Shown here piece by piece: positions 38,865-52,273 of a DNA stretch of 64,000 nucleotides. A program made the translations under genes and the position numbers. Each line of letters starts with the position of its first letter. Within the stretch, counting starts at the first letter, position 1. The DNA comes from Pristiophorus japonicus. Its lineage: Eukaryota. The notes beneath the pieces were generated by a model, which had not been told where the DNA came from, ran no database searches, and was given only the letters and a program-made list of their open reading frames with translations. The stretch covers positions 62,062,001 to 62,126,000 of the forward strand of contig NC_091999.1 in NCBI RefSeq assembly GCF_044704955.1, given 5' to 3'.

Positions 38865-39598
38865 TCTCTTCAATTTAACGCGTATGTCCTCCCATTCTGA
38901 TCAGTGATACCGGATTTTCATCCGTTGAATCAGCAATTTTCTGTAACGATGTGACACTCTGAACCGATAATGCAATGAAATTGTGAAATGTATCTGTGTC
39001 GCTCGGTCTCTGCCTCTCTCTCTCTCTCTTCAAAGAGGTTTGTGTGCTTGATCCTTTGTCTCTCTCAGTCTGACTCACTCTGTCTGTCCCTGTTTCTCTG
39101 TTTGTCTCTGTCTCTCAATCTGTCTCTTTCTCACTGTGCCCACGTCTGTTCCAATGGGATTCTCTCAGACTCTTTATCTGACTGGCTCTCTCTTTCCCAT
39201 CATTTCGGTCTGTTCATGCCTTTGCCTGTCTCTTTTAGTCCAGCCTTTAACATGATATTTCCATCATTTTCTGTTTTAGTCTCTATCTCTCTCTCTCTGT
39301 CTGTTCCTCTCCTTGTCACTGTCTTTATCATTTTCTTTCTCTCACTCTTACCCTCTCTCTCTTAATAGATCACACATACACACATCTCTGTATATGTATG
39401 CGTTTGAGTCTTTTTCTCACTAAGTCTGCCTCTCCTTCTGAGTCTTACTCTTTCTGAATCTTGTTGTCTCTAACTCGCTGTATGTCTCTCCCTGCTTATC
39501 GGTTTGTCTCTGTCTCTCAATGTGTCTGTCGACTTCTCCTGCTGTCCAGTTCTGTGCACAGCTCGATTCCTGCTCTGACAGAATTGCTACCTGTAAGT

Positions 39599-39670
39599 TC
39601 CTCGTTAGTATAGTGGTGAATATCCCCACTTGTCACGCGGGAGACCGGGTTTCAATTCCCCGACTGGAAG
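39599..39670 (+). pseudogene. tRNA-Asp(GTC) pseudogene
   Basis: GTC retained; several stem substitutions. Confidence 0.8.
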
Positions 39671-39889
39671 CCAGGTGTTTCAAAATGCAGAATTTTACTT
39701 CAGTTTCTTGGTAGAGATTCATATTAAAAAGTTCCAGAGCCATATGGAACTGGAAAAATACACGTAGAGGAGATTGCCTCTTCCAGATTTTTAGTAAACG
39801 GAGACTTTTACAGGATTCTTTGGCCGTCTGCTGCACAGAGATGGATGACTGAGTTTTTTCTGATTAACGTTTAAGAAGACAGAGTCGCA

Positions 39890-39971
39890 TTCGAAGTGGC
39901 CGAGTGGTTAAGACAATGGATTCAATATCCATTGGGTTTTCCCTGCGTAGTTTTGAAGCCTGTCCACTACG
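39890..39971 (+). pseudogene. tRNA-Ser pseudogene
   Basis: gtggccgagtggttaag...ccactacg at the Ser position of the unit; heavily mutated. Confidence 0.7.
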
Positions 39972-40734
39972 ATTCTCGGCATTTCTTCATTCCATTTCAC
40001 AATTTAACCAGAATTTTGCAAAACTGATCCTGAGATAGATGGTATAACGTCCCACACCTTTCAACACTGACATTTCTTTCTCATTTTTATTAATCGCAAT
40101 ATTTACGATACATACGGATAGGAAAACACAAAAATCAGTCAAAGTTGCGTCAGTGCGTCAGCCTCTCTATCCCTTTATATGTTGAAGGCATCTGTGTAGG
40201 TCCGTTGGTGCGTGTAAATTTTTGGTTATGTATGTGGGTGTGTCTCTGTGTCTGTCGATCTGTATATATGTCTCTGTGTTTGTGCAACTGTCTGTGGAAA
40301 TCATCACCATGAATTTGGTATGTCCTGGAAATTATAAAAAAGACTTGGGGAAAATAAGACGGTTGTGGACGTTTGTATCGACTTTGGTTCGGTGGCAGCA
40401 TTCTCGACTGAATCAGGAGTTTGTGTGTTCAAATCGCACTCCTGAGACTTGAGCATATCATCTTGGCTAACACTCAAGTGCCGCACTTGGGGAATTTTGC
40501 AATGTTGAAGCTGTTGACTTTCGGATGAAATGTTAAATTGAAGCTGAATCTGCACTATCGGGTGTGTGTGAAAGGTCCCAGAGCCTTACTCGAAAAAGAA
40601 TAGGAGAGTTTCCCCCGTGTCAATATTACTAAAAATGTTCGTAAATGCTCACTGAAAGCCTCCACGTATGTGTTTCTGTGGGGGTGGGGTTGAAGCCCAG
40701 TTTCTCACAGAGACAGAATCCATATTCTGACACG

Positions 40735-40815
40735 ACCAGGATGGCCGAGTGGTTGAGGCGTTGGCCTTAAAATTAAATGGGATGTTTCCCGTGTGTTCTC
40801 GTATGACTCCTGGTA
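40735..40815 (+). pseudogene. tRNA-Leu(TAA) pseudogene
   Basis: accaggatggccgagtgg...ctcctggta; T arm destroyed. Confidence 0.75.
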
Positions 40816-41504
40816 CTTCTTTAATTTAACACGGATTTCCTCCCATTCTCATCAGTGATACCCGACTTTTATCTGTTGAATGTGCAACTCTGTGACACTC
40901 TGAGCCGATAATGAAATGAAATTGTGAAATGTATCGGTGTCGCTCGGTCTCTGCCTCCCTCTTTCTTTAGAGAGGTGTGTTTGTGTTTGCATGTTTTTCA
41001 CTCCAGTCTGACTCACTCTGTCTGTTCCTGTTTCTCTGTCTCTTTCCCACGGTGTCCAGTTCTGTTCAATGGGATTCTCTTCGACTCTTTGTAAGACTGA
41101 CTCTCTCTTTGTCATCATTTCTGTCTGTCCATGTCTTTGCCTGCCTCTGTTAGTTCCTGTCTCTAACCTGCTGAGTATTTCCAGCATTAGTGTTTCTATC
41201 TCTGACACTCTCTATCTGTCGCTCTCCCTCTCCTTGTCACTGTATTTATTACTCTCTTTCTCTCACTCTTTCCCTCTCTCTTTATAGATCACACACACCC
41301 ATCTCTGTATATGTGTGTGTTTGAGTCTTTTTCTCACTCAGTCTGCCTCTCCTTCTCAGTCTCACATTTTCTGTCTCTCATTGTTTCTATCTCACTGTCA
41401 GTCTCTCCCTGTTTGTCGGTTTGTCTCTGTCTCGCAATGTGTCTGTCGTCTTCTCATCGTGTCCAGTTCCATTCACAGCTCGCTTCCTGCTCTGATAGAA
41501 TTCA

Positions 41505-41576
41505 TGCTCGTTAGTATAGTGGCGAGTATCCCCGCCTGTTCCGCCGGAGACCGTGGTTCTACTTCCCGACGCGGTG
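41505..41576 (+). pseudogene. tRNA-Asp pseudogene
   Basis: ctcgttagtatagtggcgagtatccccgcctgtt...; multiple substitutions. Confidence 0.75.
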
Positions 41577-41792
41577 GCAGCATTTACAAAATGCAGAATT
41601 TTAATTGGTTATTGGTGTTGATTCATATTAAAAAGTTCCAGAGCAATATAGAACAGTACAAGTACAGGAAGAGGAGATTGCCTCTTCCAGATTTTTAGCA
41701 AACGGAGACTTTTTCCGGATTCTGTGGCCGTTTGCTGCACAGAGATGGATGACTGAGTTTAACTGAGTAACATTTAATGATGCAGCGAGCTA

Positions 41793-41873
41793 GTAGTCGT
41801 GGCCGAGTGGGTAAGACAATAGACAAAAAATCCATCGGGGTTTCTCTGCGCAGTTTTGAATCCTGCCGACTAT
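41793..41873 (+). pseudogene. tRNA-Ser pseudogene
   Basis: gtagtcgtggccgagtgg...aatcctgccgacta; anticodon loop and B box mutated. Confidence 0.75.
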
Positions 41874-42107
41874 ATTTCTCAGCATATTTCATTCTGTTTC
41901 ACAATTTAACCACGTTACTGCAAAACTGATTCTGAGATAGATAGAGCAACGTCCCACATCTTTCGATGCAGCCGCTGTTTTCTTTCTTACGTTAATCTGC
42001 ATTATTCACGATACATACGGATAGAAAAACGCAAAAACCAGCCAAAGTAGCCTCAGTGACCCTGCCTGTCTATTCATCTATTTGCCTAAGGCAACCTGTG
42101 TATATCT

Positions 42108-42817
42108 CGATCTGAGTGTCATGGTACATCAGTCATTGAAATTTGGCATGTAGGTGCAGCAGGCGGTGAAGAAAACAAATGGCATGTTCGCCTTCATAGC
42201 TCGGGGATTTGAGTATGGGAGCAGGAAGATATTACTGCAGTTGTACAGGGCCTTGGTGAGGTCAAACCAGGAATATTGTGTTCAGTTTTGGTCCCCGAAT
42301 CTGAGGAAGAACGCCCTTGCAATTGAGGGAGTACAGCGAAGGTTCACCAGCATGATTCCCGGGATGGCAGGATTGACATATGAGGAGAGACTGGCTCAAC
42401 TGGACTGGTATCCACTGGAGTTTAGAAGACTGAAAGGGGATCTCACAGAAACATATAAAATTCTGACGAGATTGGATGCTGGAAGAATGTTCTCATTGCT
42501 GGGGTGTTTGAGACCAAGGATTACAGTCTAAAAATAAGGGGTAAGCCATTTATGACCGAGATGAGGAGAAACTTCTTCACTCAGAGAGTGGTTTACCTGT
42601 GAAATTTTCTACCGCAGAAAGTCGTTGAGGCCAGTTCATTAGATATATTCAAAAGGGAGTTAGATATGGCCCTTATGGCTAAAGATATCAAGTGATATGG
42701 AGTGAAAGCAGGAAAGGGGTACTGAGGTTGAATGATAAGCCATGATCTTATTGAATGGTGGTGCAGGCTCCAAGGGCCGAATGGCATATTCCTGCAACTA
42801 ATTTCTATGTTTCTATG
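42108..42817 (+). mobile_element. CR1 3' fragment within the tRNA array
   Basis: [13 protein letters not shown] motifs, tttctatgtttctatg tail. Confidence 0.88.
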
Positions 42818-43400
42818 GTGATGCATGTATATTTTTTTTTATTGTGTGTGCGCGTGTCTGTGTATGTCTCTCTGTATGTATGTCTCTGTGTATGTGCAAC
42901 TGTCTGTGGAAATCATCACCATGAATTTGGTGCATCCCGGAACTTTTTAAAACACTTGGGGAAAATAATACGGTTGTGATCTTTGGTATCGGTTTTGGTT
43001 CAGTGGCTCCATTCTCGACTGAATCAGGAGGTTGTGTTTGTAAGTCCCACTCCTGAGACTTGAACACATCATCTTGGATGACACTCAAATGCAGTATTTG
43101 GGGAATTTTGCATTGTTGAAGCTGTTGACCATCGGCTGAAATTTTAAATTGAAGCTCCATTTGCACCCTCGGGTGGATGTGAAAGTTTTTTCAAAATGTC
43201 TAATTTTACTTCTGTTTCTCGGTATAGATTCATATTAGAAAGTTCCAGAACAATATAGAACAGTAAAAATACAGCCAGAGGCGATTGCCTCTTCCAGATT
43301 TTTTGCAAACAGAGACCTTTTCAGGATTCTGCGGCCGTCTGCTGCACAGAGATGGATGACTGAGTTTTTTCTGAGTAACATTTAAAGTGCTAGGGCCGCT

Positions 43401-43482
43401 GTAGTTGTGGTCGAGTGGTTAATGCGATTGGTTTGAAATACTTTGGGTTTTCGGCGCTCAGGTTCGAATCCTGCCGACTACG
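43401..43482 (+). pseudogene. tRNA-Ser pseudogene
   Basis: gtagttgtggtcgagtggtt...ggttcgaatcctgccgactacg; anticodon arm broken. Confidence 0.75.
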
Positions 43483-43997
43483 ATTCTCCGCAGTTTTCTT
43501 CACAATTTAACCAGGTTTTTGCAAAACTAATCGTGAGATAGGTGGAATAACATCCCACACCTTTCAACACTGACATCTATTTCTCATTTTTATTAATCTG
43601 CAATATTCACGATACATACGGATAGAAAAACGCAAAAATCAGCCAAAGTAGCGACAGTGACTCAGCCTGTCTGTCCCTCGAGATGTCGCAGGCATCTGTG
43701 CATGTCCATTGGTGCATGTATATTTTTGGTTACTTATGTACGTGTGTGTCTCTGTGTCTGTCTATTGTATATATGTCTCTGTGTATGTGCAACTGTCTGT
43801 GGAAATCATCACCATGAATTTGGTATGTCCTGGAACTTTTCAAAAAGACTTGTTGAAAATAACCCGGTTGTGAACTTTGGTATCAGCTTTGGTTCAGTGG
43901 CAGCCACCTCGACTGAAAAACGCAAAAGCCAGACAAAGTAGCTTTGTCAGACCCTGCCTGTCTGTCCATCTATTTGTCTAAGGCAACCTGTGTATAT

Positions 43998-44712
43998 CTT
44001 GATCTGGGTGTCATGGTACATCAGTCATTGATTGCAGGTGAAGCAGGCAGTAAAGAATGCAAATGGCATGTTCGCCTTCATAGCGAGGGGATTTGAGTAT
44101 AGGAGCAGGGAGGTCTTACTGCAGTTGTACAGGGCCTTGGTGAGGCCACTCCTGGAATATTGTGTTCAGTTTTGGTCTCCGAATCTGAGAAAGGACGTCC
44201 TTGCTATTGAGGGAGTACAGCGAAAGTTCACCAGCATGATTCCCGGGATGGCAGGACTGCCATATGAGCAGAGACTTGATCAACTGGGCTGGTATCCACT
44301 GGAGTTTAGAAGAATGAGAGGGGATCTCATAGAAACAAATAAAATTCTGACGAAATTTGGCAAGTGAGAGGCAGGAAGAATGTTTCCGTTGCTGAGGAGT
44401 TCGAGAACCAGGGGTCGCAGTCTAAAAATAAGGGGTAAGCCATTTAGGACCGAGATGAGGAGAAATGTCTTCACTCAGAGAGTCGTTACCCTGTGGAATT
44501 CTCTACCGCAGAAAGTTGTTGAGGCCAGTTAGTTAGATATATTCAAGAGGGAGTCAGATATGGCCCTAATGACTCAAGGATTCAAGGGGTATGGAAAGAA
44601 AACAGGAAATGGGTACTGAGATTGAATGATGAGCCATGATCTTAAAGAATGGTGGTGGAGGCTAGAAGGGCCGAATGGCCTGCTCCTGCAACTAATTTCT
44701 AAGTTTCTATGT
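43998..44712 (+). mobile_element. CR1 3' fragment within the tRNA array (same junctions as 42108-42817)
   Basis: Same 5' flank ggcaacctgtgtatatct.gatctg.gtgtcatggtacatcagtcattga and same 3' flank. Confidence 0.88.
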
Positions 44713-45246
44713 TGATGAGTGTATTTTTTTGGTTATTGTGTGTGTGTGTGTCTGTGTATGTCTATCTGTATGTATATATCTGTGTATGTGCAACTGTCGA
44801 TGCAAATCATCACCATGAACGTGGTATGTCCTGGAAATTTTTTAAAAACTTGGGGAAAATAATACGGTTGTGATCTTTGGTATCGGCCTTGGTTCATTGG
44901 CTCTATTCTCGACTGAATCAGGAGGTTGTGTGTGTAAGCCCCACTCCTGAGACTTGAGCAGATAATTTTTGCTGACACTCAAGTGCAGTACTTGGGGAAT
45001 TTTGCATTGTTGAAGCTGTTGACCATCAGCTGAAATGTTAAATTGAAGCTCCGTCTGCAAATCCGGCTGGATGTGAAAGTTCCCAGAGCATTACACGAAA
45101 AAGAATAGGATAGTTGCGCCTGTGTCAATATAACAAAAAAATGTTCATAAATGCTCACTGAAACCCGATGTGTATGTGTGTGTGTTGCTGTGGGGGTGGA
45201 GCTGAAGGCCACATTCTCACAGAGACAGAATCCAAACGCTACAAAG

Positions 45247-45328
45247 ACCAGGATGGGCGAGTGGTTACGGCGTTGGCCATAAAATTCAATGGGTTTTTCC
45301 CGTGTGGATTCGAACCCCAATCCTAGAA
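45247..45328 (+). pseudogene. tRNA-Leu pseudogene
   Basis: accaggatgggcgagtggtt...ttcgaacccca. Confidence 0.7.
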
Positions 45329-45757
45329 TCTCTTTAATTTAACAGAGATTTTTCCCATCCTGCCCAGTGATACATGATTTTCATCTGTTGAATCTGCAAT
45401 TTTCTGTAACTCTGTGACACACTAAGCTGATCATGAAATGAAATTGTGAAATGTAGCTGTGTATCTCAGTCTCTGCCTTTCTCTCTTTAGAGAGCTGTGT
45501 ATGTGTTTGTGTGCTTGAGCCTTTCTCTCCATCAGTCTGCCTCTCTCTGACTCACTCTGTCTGTGCCTGGTTCTCTGTTTGTCTCTGTCTCTCAATCTGT
45601 CTGTTTCTCACGGTGTCCACTTCTGTTCCAATGCGATTCTCTCAGACTCTCTGTCTGACTGTCTCTCTCTTTCCCATCCTCCCTGTCCGTGTCTTTGCCT
45701 GTCTCATTTTGTCCCTGTCTCTAATCTGATGAACATTTCCATTATTTTCTGTTTTTG

Positions 45758-47487
45758 AAACATAGAAACATAGAAAAAAGCTGCAGGAGTAGGCCATTAG
45801 GCCCTTCGAGCCTGCACCGCCATTCAATATTATCATGGCTGATCATTCTTTCAATTACCCTTTCCTGTTTTCCTCTCCATCCCACTTCATCCACTTAACC
45901 GTAAGGACCATATCTAACTCTCTCTTGAATATATCCAATGAACTGGCTTCAACAACTCTCTGTGGCAGGGAATTCCACAGGTCAACAACTCTCTGAGTGA
46001 AGAAGTTTCTACTCATCTCACTGCTAAATGGCCTACATCTTATCCTAAAACTATGTCCCCTGGTTCTGGCTTCCCCAACATCGAGAACATTCTTTCCGAA
46101 TTTAACCTGTGCAGTCCCGTCAGAATCTTGTATGATTCTATGAGATCCCCTCTCATCATTCTAAACGCCAGTGATTAAAGGCCTAGTTGATCCAATCTGT
46201 CCTCATATGACAGTCCTGCCATCCCTGGAATCAGTCTGGTGAACCTTCGCTGCACTCCCTCAACAGCAGGAACGTCCTTCCTCAGACTAGGAGACCAAAA
46301 CTGAACACAATATTCCAGGTGTGTTCTCACGAAGGCCTTGTACAACTGCAGTAAGTTCTCCTGGCTCCTATATTCAAATCGTCTAGCTACGAAGGCCAAC
46401 ATACCATTTGCCTTCTTTACCGCCTGCTGTACCTGCATGCCCACTTTCAGTGACTGATGAACCATAACACCAAGGTCTCACTGCACCTCCCCTTTTTCTA
46501 GTTTTCCGCCATTCAGATAATATTCTGCCTTCGTGTTGTTGCCCACAAAATGGATAACCTCACATTTATCCACATTATTCAGCATCTGCCATGTATTTGC
46601 CCACTCACCTAATCTGTCCAATTCACCCTGCAGCCTCTTAGCATCCTCTTCACAGCTCGGACCGCCACCCAGTTTAGTGTCATCCGCAAACTTGGAGATA
46701 TTACACTCTATTCCTTCAACCAAATCGTTCATGTATATTGTAAAGAGCTGGAGTCCCAGCACTGAGCCCTGCGGCACCCCACTAGTCACTTCCTGCCAGT
46801 TTGAAAAGGACCCGTTTATCCCGATTCTCTGCATCCTGTCTGCCAACCAGTTCTCTATCCATGTCAGTATATTAATCCCAATACCATGCACTTTGATTTT
46901 GTGCACCAATCTCGAGTGCGGGACCTTGTCAAAAGCCTATTGAAAGTCCAAATACACCACATCCACTGGTTCTCCCTTGTCCACTCTACTCATTACATCC
47001 TCAAAAAATTCCAGAACATTCGTCAAGCGTGATTTCACTTTCATAAATCCACGCTGACTCGGTCCGATCCTGTCACTGTTTTCCAAATGGGCTGCTATTT
47101 CATCCTTAATGATTGATTCCAATATTTTCCCCACGACTGATGTCAGGCTAACCGGTCTATAATTAGCTGCTTTCTCTCTCCCTCCTTTTTTTAAAAGTGC
47201 CTTCACATTAGCTACCCTCTACTCCATAGGAACTGATCCAGGGTCGATAGATTGTTGGAAAATAATCACCAATGCATCCACTATTTCTAGGGCCACTTCC
47301 TTAAGTACTCTGGGATGCAGACTATCAGGAACCGGGGATTTATCAGCTTTTAATCCCAACAATTTCTCCAACACAATTTCCCGCCAATAAGGATATCTTT
47401 CAGTTCCTCATTCTCACGAGACGCACAGTCCCCTCGTACATTCGGAAGGTTTTTTGTATCTTCCTTTGTGAAGACAGAACCGAATTA
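45758..47487 (-). mobile_element. CR1 LINE inserted in the CT-rich spacer of the array
   Basis: (GAAACATA)n tail; NYRPVSLTSVVGK, SGVPQGSVLG, KFADDTK on the minus strand. Confidence 0.9.
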
Positions 47488-48241
47488 TTGTCTCTATCTG
47501 TCTTTCTCTCTATCTGTCTCCCTCTTTGTCTCTTTCTTTGTCCCTGTCTTTGTCTCTGTCATTGCATCATATTTGCCTCCTTCTCTTTATGGAGCACACA
47601 AACACATCTCTGTGTATGTATGTGTTGGAGTCGTTTTCTCATTCAGTCTGACCCTGCCACTCAGTTTCAAACTTTCTGTCTCTCTTTGCCTCTATCTCGC
47701 TGTCTTCTCTCCCTGTTTCCCTGTTTGTCTGTCTCTCAACGTGTCTGTCTCTTTCTCACGATGTCCAGTTCTGTTCCAGTGGGATTCTCTCAGTCTCTCT
47801 GTCTGACTGTCTCTCTCATTCCCATCATCTCTGTCTGTCTATGTCTCGACCTGTCTGTCTCTATTTGCCTGTCTGTTAGTTCCTGTCTCTAACCTGCTGA
47901 GTATTTCCATCATTTTCTGTTTATATCTCTGTATATCTCTCGATCTGTCGCTCACTCTTCATCTGTCTCGCTCCTTGTTACTGTCATTATCACTGTCTTT
48001 CTCTCACTGTTTCCCTCTCTCTCTTTATATCTGTATGTGTGTGTGTTTGTGTCTTTTTCTCACTCAGTCTGCCTCTCCTTCTCAGTCTCACACTTTCTGT
48101 CTCACGTTGTCTCTATCTCGCTGTCTGTCTCTCCCTGTTTGTCGGTTTATCTCTGTCTCTCAATGTGCCTGTCTACTTCTCATGGTGTCCATTTCTGTTC
48201 TCAGCTCGATTCCTGCACTGACAGAATCCACACCCGTCAGC

Positions 48242-48313
48242 TCCTCATTCGTGTCTTAGTTAATATCCCTCTCTGTCACGCGCGAGGTAGGCCTTCAATT
48301 CCCCGACCAGGAT
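48242..48313 (+). pseudogene. tRNA-Asp pseudogene (highly decayed)
   Basis: tcctc...ctgtcacgcg...ttcaattccccgac at the Asp position. Confidence 0.6.
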
Positions 48314-48751
48314 GAAGCTTTTAAAAATGTTGAAAATTACTTCTGTATGTCCTGAAACTTTATAAAAAGACTTGGGGAAAATAATACGGATGTGAACTTT
48401 GGTATCGGCTTTGGTTCAGTGGCAGCATTCTCGACTGAATCAGGAGTTTGTGTGTTCAAGTCGCACTTCTGAGACTTGAGCATATCATCTTGGCTAACAC
48501 TCAAGCGCAGCACTTGGGGAATTTTGCAATGTTGAAGCTGTTGACTTTCGGATACAATGTTAAATTGAAGCTCCGTCTGCACCCTCGGGTGGATGTGAAA
48601 GTTCCCAGAGCATTACTCGAAAAAGAATAGGAGAGTTGCCCCTGTGTCAATATTACTATAAATATTCGAAAATGCTCATTAAAAACCTGTGTCTGTGAGA
48701 GTGGAGCTGCAGCCCAGATTCTCACAGACACAAAATCCGAATACTGACAAA

Positions 48752-48834
48752 ACCAGGATGGCCGAGTTGTTAAGGTGTTGGAAGGAAAATCCAATGGGTT
48801 TATACCTGCATGGGTTCGAACCACACTCCTGGTA
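48752..48834 (+). pseudogene. tRNA-Leu pseudogene
   Basis: accaggatggccgag...ggttcgaaccacactcctggta; anticodon loop AGGAAAA. Confidence 0.75.
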
Positions 48835-49011
48835 AATCTTTAAATTCAAACCGATTTCCTGCCATCCTGCTCAGTTACACCCGAATCTATTCTGTTGAAT
48901 CTGCATTTGTCGATAACTTTGTAACATTCAAACAAATGGGATTGTGCAATGTATCTGTGCCTCTCACTCTCTGTCTTTAGAGTGCTCTTTATGTGTTTGA
49001 GTCTGACTCTC

Positions 49012-52000
49012 TGTGTCTGAGGAATTAGAAGCTGAATTTAGGGAGCTGGGAGCTAAATTAACAAATCGGACTTCAAAGGTAGCAATCTCAGGGATAGCTA
49101 CCACTTTTCAGAGTAGGAATCGCAGGATAGTTCAGATGAATGTGTGTTGCAGAAGGGAGGGATTCAATTTCTTGGGACATTGGAACCGTTCTGGCGGAGC
49201 TGGGACCTGTGCAAACCGGACAGTCTGCACCTCAGCAGAACCAATGTCCACGAGGGAGAGTTTGCTCGTGTTGTTGGGGAGGGGTTAAGCTGATATGGCA
49301 GCGGGATGGGAACCTTTGGGGGCAGAAAAGTAAGGGTGGAGGGCAGAGAAACCCAAAGGAAAAAATCAAAAAGGGCCACATTGCAGCAAACTTCTAAAGG
49401 GACAAGGTGTGTTAAGATAACAAGCCTGAAGGCATTGTGCCTCAATGCGAGGAGTATTCGTAATAAGGTGGACAAATTAACTGCACAGGCAGCAATTAAT
49501 GAATATGATGTAACTGGCATCACGGAGAAATGGATCCAGGGTGACGAAGGCCGGGAACGCAACATCCAGGGGTATTCACCAGTCAGGAAGGATGGAGACA
49601 AAGGAAAAGGAGGTGGGGTGGCATTGCTGGTTGAAGAGGAAATTAATGCGATAGTCAGGAAGGACATTCGCGTGGATTCTACGTGGGTGGATCTGTGGAA
49701 TATTAAAGGGAAAAAAACGCTAGTGGGAGTTGTGTACCACCAAACAATTGTCGTGAGTTTGCTGACAGCATCCAACAAGAAAGTAGGGATGTGTGCAATA
49801 AAGGTACACCACTTATCATGGGCGAGTTTAATCTACACATAGATTGGACTAACCAAACTGGTAGTAATACGGTGGAGAAGGATTGCTGGCGTGTATTAGG
49901 GATGGTTTTCTCGACCAATATGTCGAGGGACCATCTAGAGGGCTGGCCATCCTCGACTGCTTGATGTGTAATGAGAAAGGACTAATTAGCTATCTTGTTG
50001 TGCGAGGCCCCTTGGGGAAGACTAACCACAATAAGCTGGAATTCTTTGTTAAGGTGGAGAGTGAAACAATTAATTCTGAGACTGGGGTCGTGAACTTAAG
50101 GAAAGGTAACTTCGATGGTATGAGACATGAATTGGCTAGCATAGACTGGGAAATGATACATAAAGGGTTGACGGCAGATAGGCAATGGAAAACATATAAA
50201 GATCACATGGATGAACTTCAACAATTGGACATCCCTGTCTGGAGTAAAAATAAAATGGGGAAGGTGGCTCAACCGTGGCTAACAAGGGAAATTAAGGATA
50301 GCGTTAAATCCAAGGAAGAGGCATATAAATTGGTCAGAAAAAGCATCAACCCGAGGACGGGGAGAAATTTAGAATTCAGCAGAGGAGGACAAAGGGTTTA
50401 ATTAGGAGGGGGAAAATAGAGTATGAGAGGAAGCTTGCTGGGAACATAAACACTTCTATAAATATGTGAAGAGAAAAAGAGTAGTGAAGGCAAACGTAGG
50501 TCCCTTGCAGTCAGATTCAGGTGAATTTATAATAGGGAAAAAAGAAATGGTAGACCAGTTGAACAAATACTTTGGTTCTGCCTTCATGAAGGAAGACGCG
50601 CATAATCTTTTGGAAATGGTACGTGACCGAGGGGCTAGTGAGAAGGAGGAACTGAAGAGAATCCTTATTTGTGGGAAATTGTGTTAGGGAAATTGATGGG
50701 ACTAAAGGCCGATAAATCCCCGGGGCCTGATGGTCTGCATCCCAGTGTACTTAAGGAAGTGGCCCTAGAAATAGTGGATGCATTGGTGATTATTTTCTAA
50801 CAGTGCATGGATTCTCGATCAGTTTGTATGGACTGGAGGGTAGCTAATGTAACACCACATTTTGAAAAAGGAGGGAGAGAGAAAACGGGTAATTATAGAC
50901 CGGTTAGCCTGACATCAGTGGTGGGGAAAATGTTGCAATTCATTTTTAAAGATGAAATAGCAGCCCATTTGGAAAGCAGTGACAGGATTGGTCCAAGTCA
51001 GCATGGATTTATGAATGGAAAATCAAGCTTGACAAATCTTCTAGAATTGTGTGAGGATGTAACTAGTAGAGCCGACAAGGGAGAACCAGTGGATATGGTG
51101 TAGTGGGACTAGCAAAATAATTTTGACAAGGTCCCACACAAGAGGTTGGTGTGCAAAATTAAAGCACATGGTATTGGGGGTAATGTATTGACGTGGATAG
51201 AGAACTCGTTGGCAGACAGGAAGCAGAGAGTCGGGATAAACGGGTTATTTTCATAATGGCAGGCAGTGACTAGTTGCGTGCCGCAGGGCTCAGTGCTGGG
51301 ACGCCAGCAATTTACAATATACATCAATGATTTTGATGAAGGAATTTTGTATAATATCTCCAAGTTTTCAGATGACATTATGCTGGATGGCGGTGTGAAA
51401 TGTGAGGAGGATGCTAAGAGGCTGCAGGGTGATTTGGACAGGTTAGGTGAGTGGCCAATTGCATGGCAGATTTAGTGTAATGTGGATAAATGTGAGGTTA
51501 TGCACTTTGGTGGCAGAAACACGAAGGCAGAATATTATTTGAATGGCGGCAGATGAGGAAAAGGGGAGGTGCAACAAGATCCGGGTGTCATGGTACATCA
51601 GTCATTGAAGGTTGTCATGCAGGTGCAGCAGACAGAAAGAAGGCAAAGAGCATGTTGGCCCCATATCTTGGGGATTTGAATAGAGCAGCTGTACTGGGCC
51701 TTGGTGAGGCCTCACCTGGAATACTGTGTTCAGTTTTGTTCTAATCTGAGGAAGGACGTTCTTGCTATTGAGGGAGTGCAGCAAAGATTCACCAGACTGA
51801 TTTCCGGGATGGGAGGACTGACATATGAGGAGAGTTAGGATCGACTGGGTCTGTATTCACTGGTGTTTAGAAGAATGAGAGGGGACCTCAGAAACATTCT
51901 GACGGGACTGGGCAGTTTAGATGCACGAAGAATGTTCCCGATGTTGGGGAAGTCCAGAACCAGTGGTCACAGTCTGAGGACAAGGGATAAGCCATTTAGG

Positions 52001-52273
52001 ACCGAGATGAGGAGAAACTTCTTCACTCAGAGAGTTGTTAACCTGTGGAATTCTCTTCCGCAGAACGTTGTTGATGCCAGTTCATCAGATATATTCAAGA
52101 GGGAGTTGGATATGGCCCTTAAGTTAATGGGATCAACGGGTGTGGAGCGAAAGCAGGAAAGTGGTACTGAGGTGAATGATCAGCCATGATCTTATTGAAT
52201 GTTGGTGCAGGCTCGAAGGGGCGAATGGTCTATTCCTGCAACCTTTTTCTATGTTTCTATGTTTCTATGTTTC
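49012..52273 (+). mobile_element. Long CR1 LINE: ORF1 esterase (SGNH) C-terminus plus degenerate ORF2 and 3' tail
   Basis: EFRELGAKL..RTSKVAISG..CRREGFNFLGHW (ORF1); LNARSIRNK, GGGVALLV (APE); RT motifs; (GTTTCTAT)n tail. Confidence 0.92.

Larger units (their letters stand above)
34259..48960 (+). repeat. Tandem tRNA-gene array, ~1.95-kb unit (Deu-SINE, tRNA-Leu, CT-rich spacer, tRNA-Asp, tRNA-Ser); about 4 full and 2-3 partial units
   Basis: Unit landmarks recur at ~34260, 36215, 38180, 40135; further rearranged copies to 48.9 kb. Confidence 0.92.

Noticed and set aside
35100-48300. Many Leu/Ser/Cys-rich ORFs in the array spacers
   Set aside because: Translations of (CT/GT)-rich spacer sequence; frames are not conserved between units
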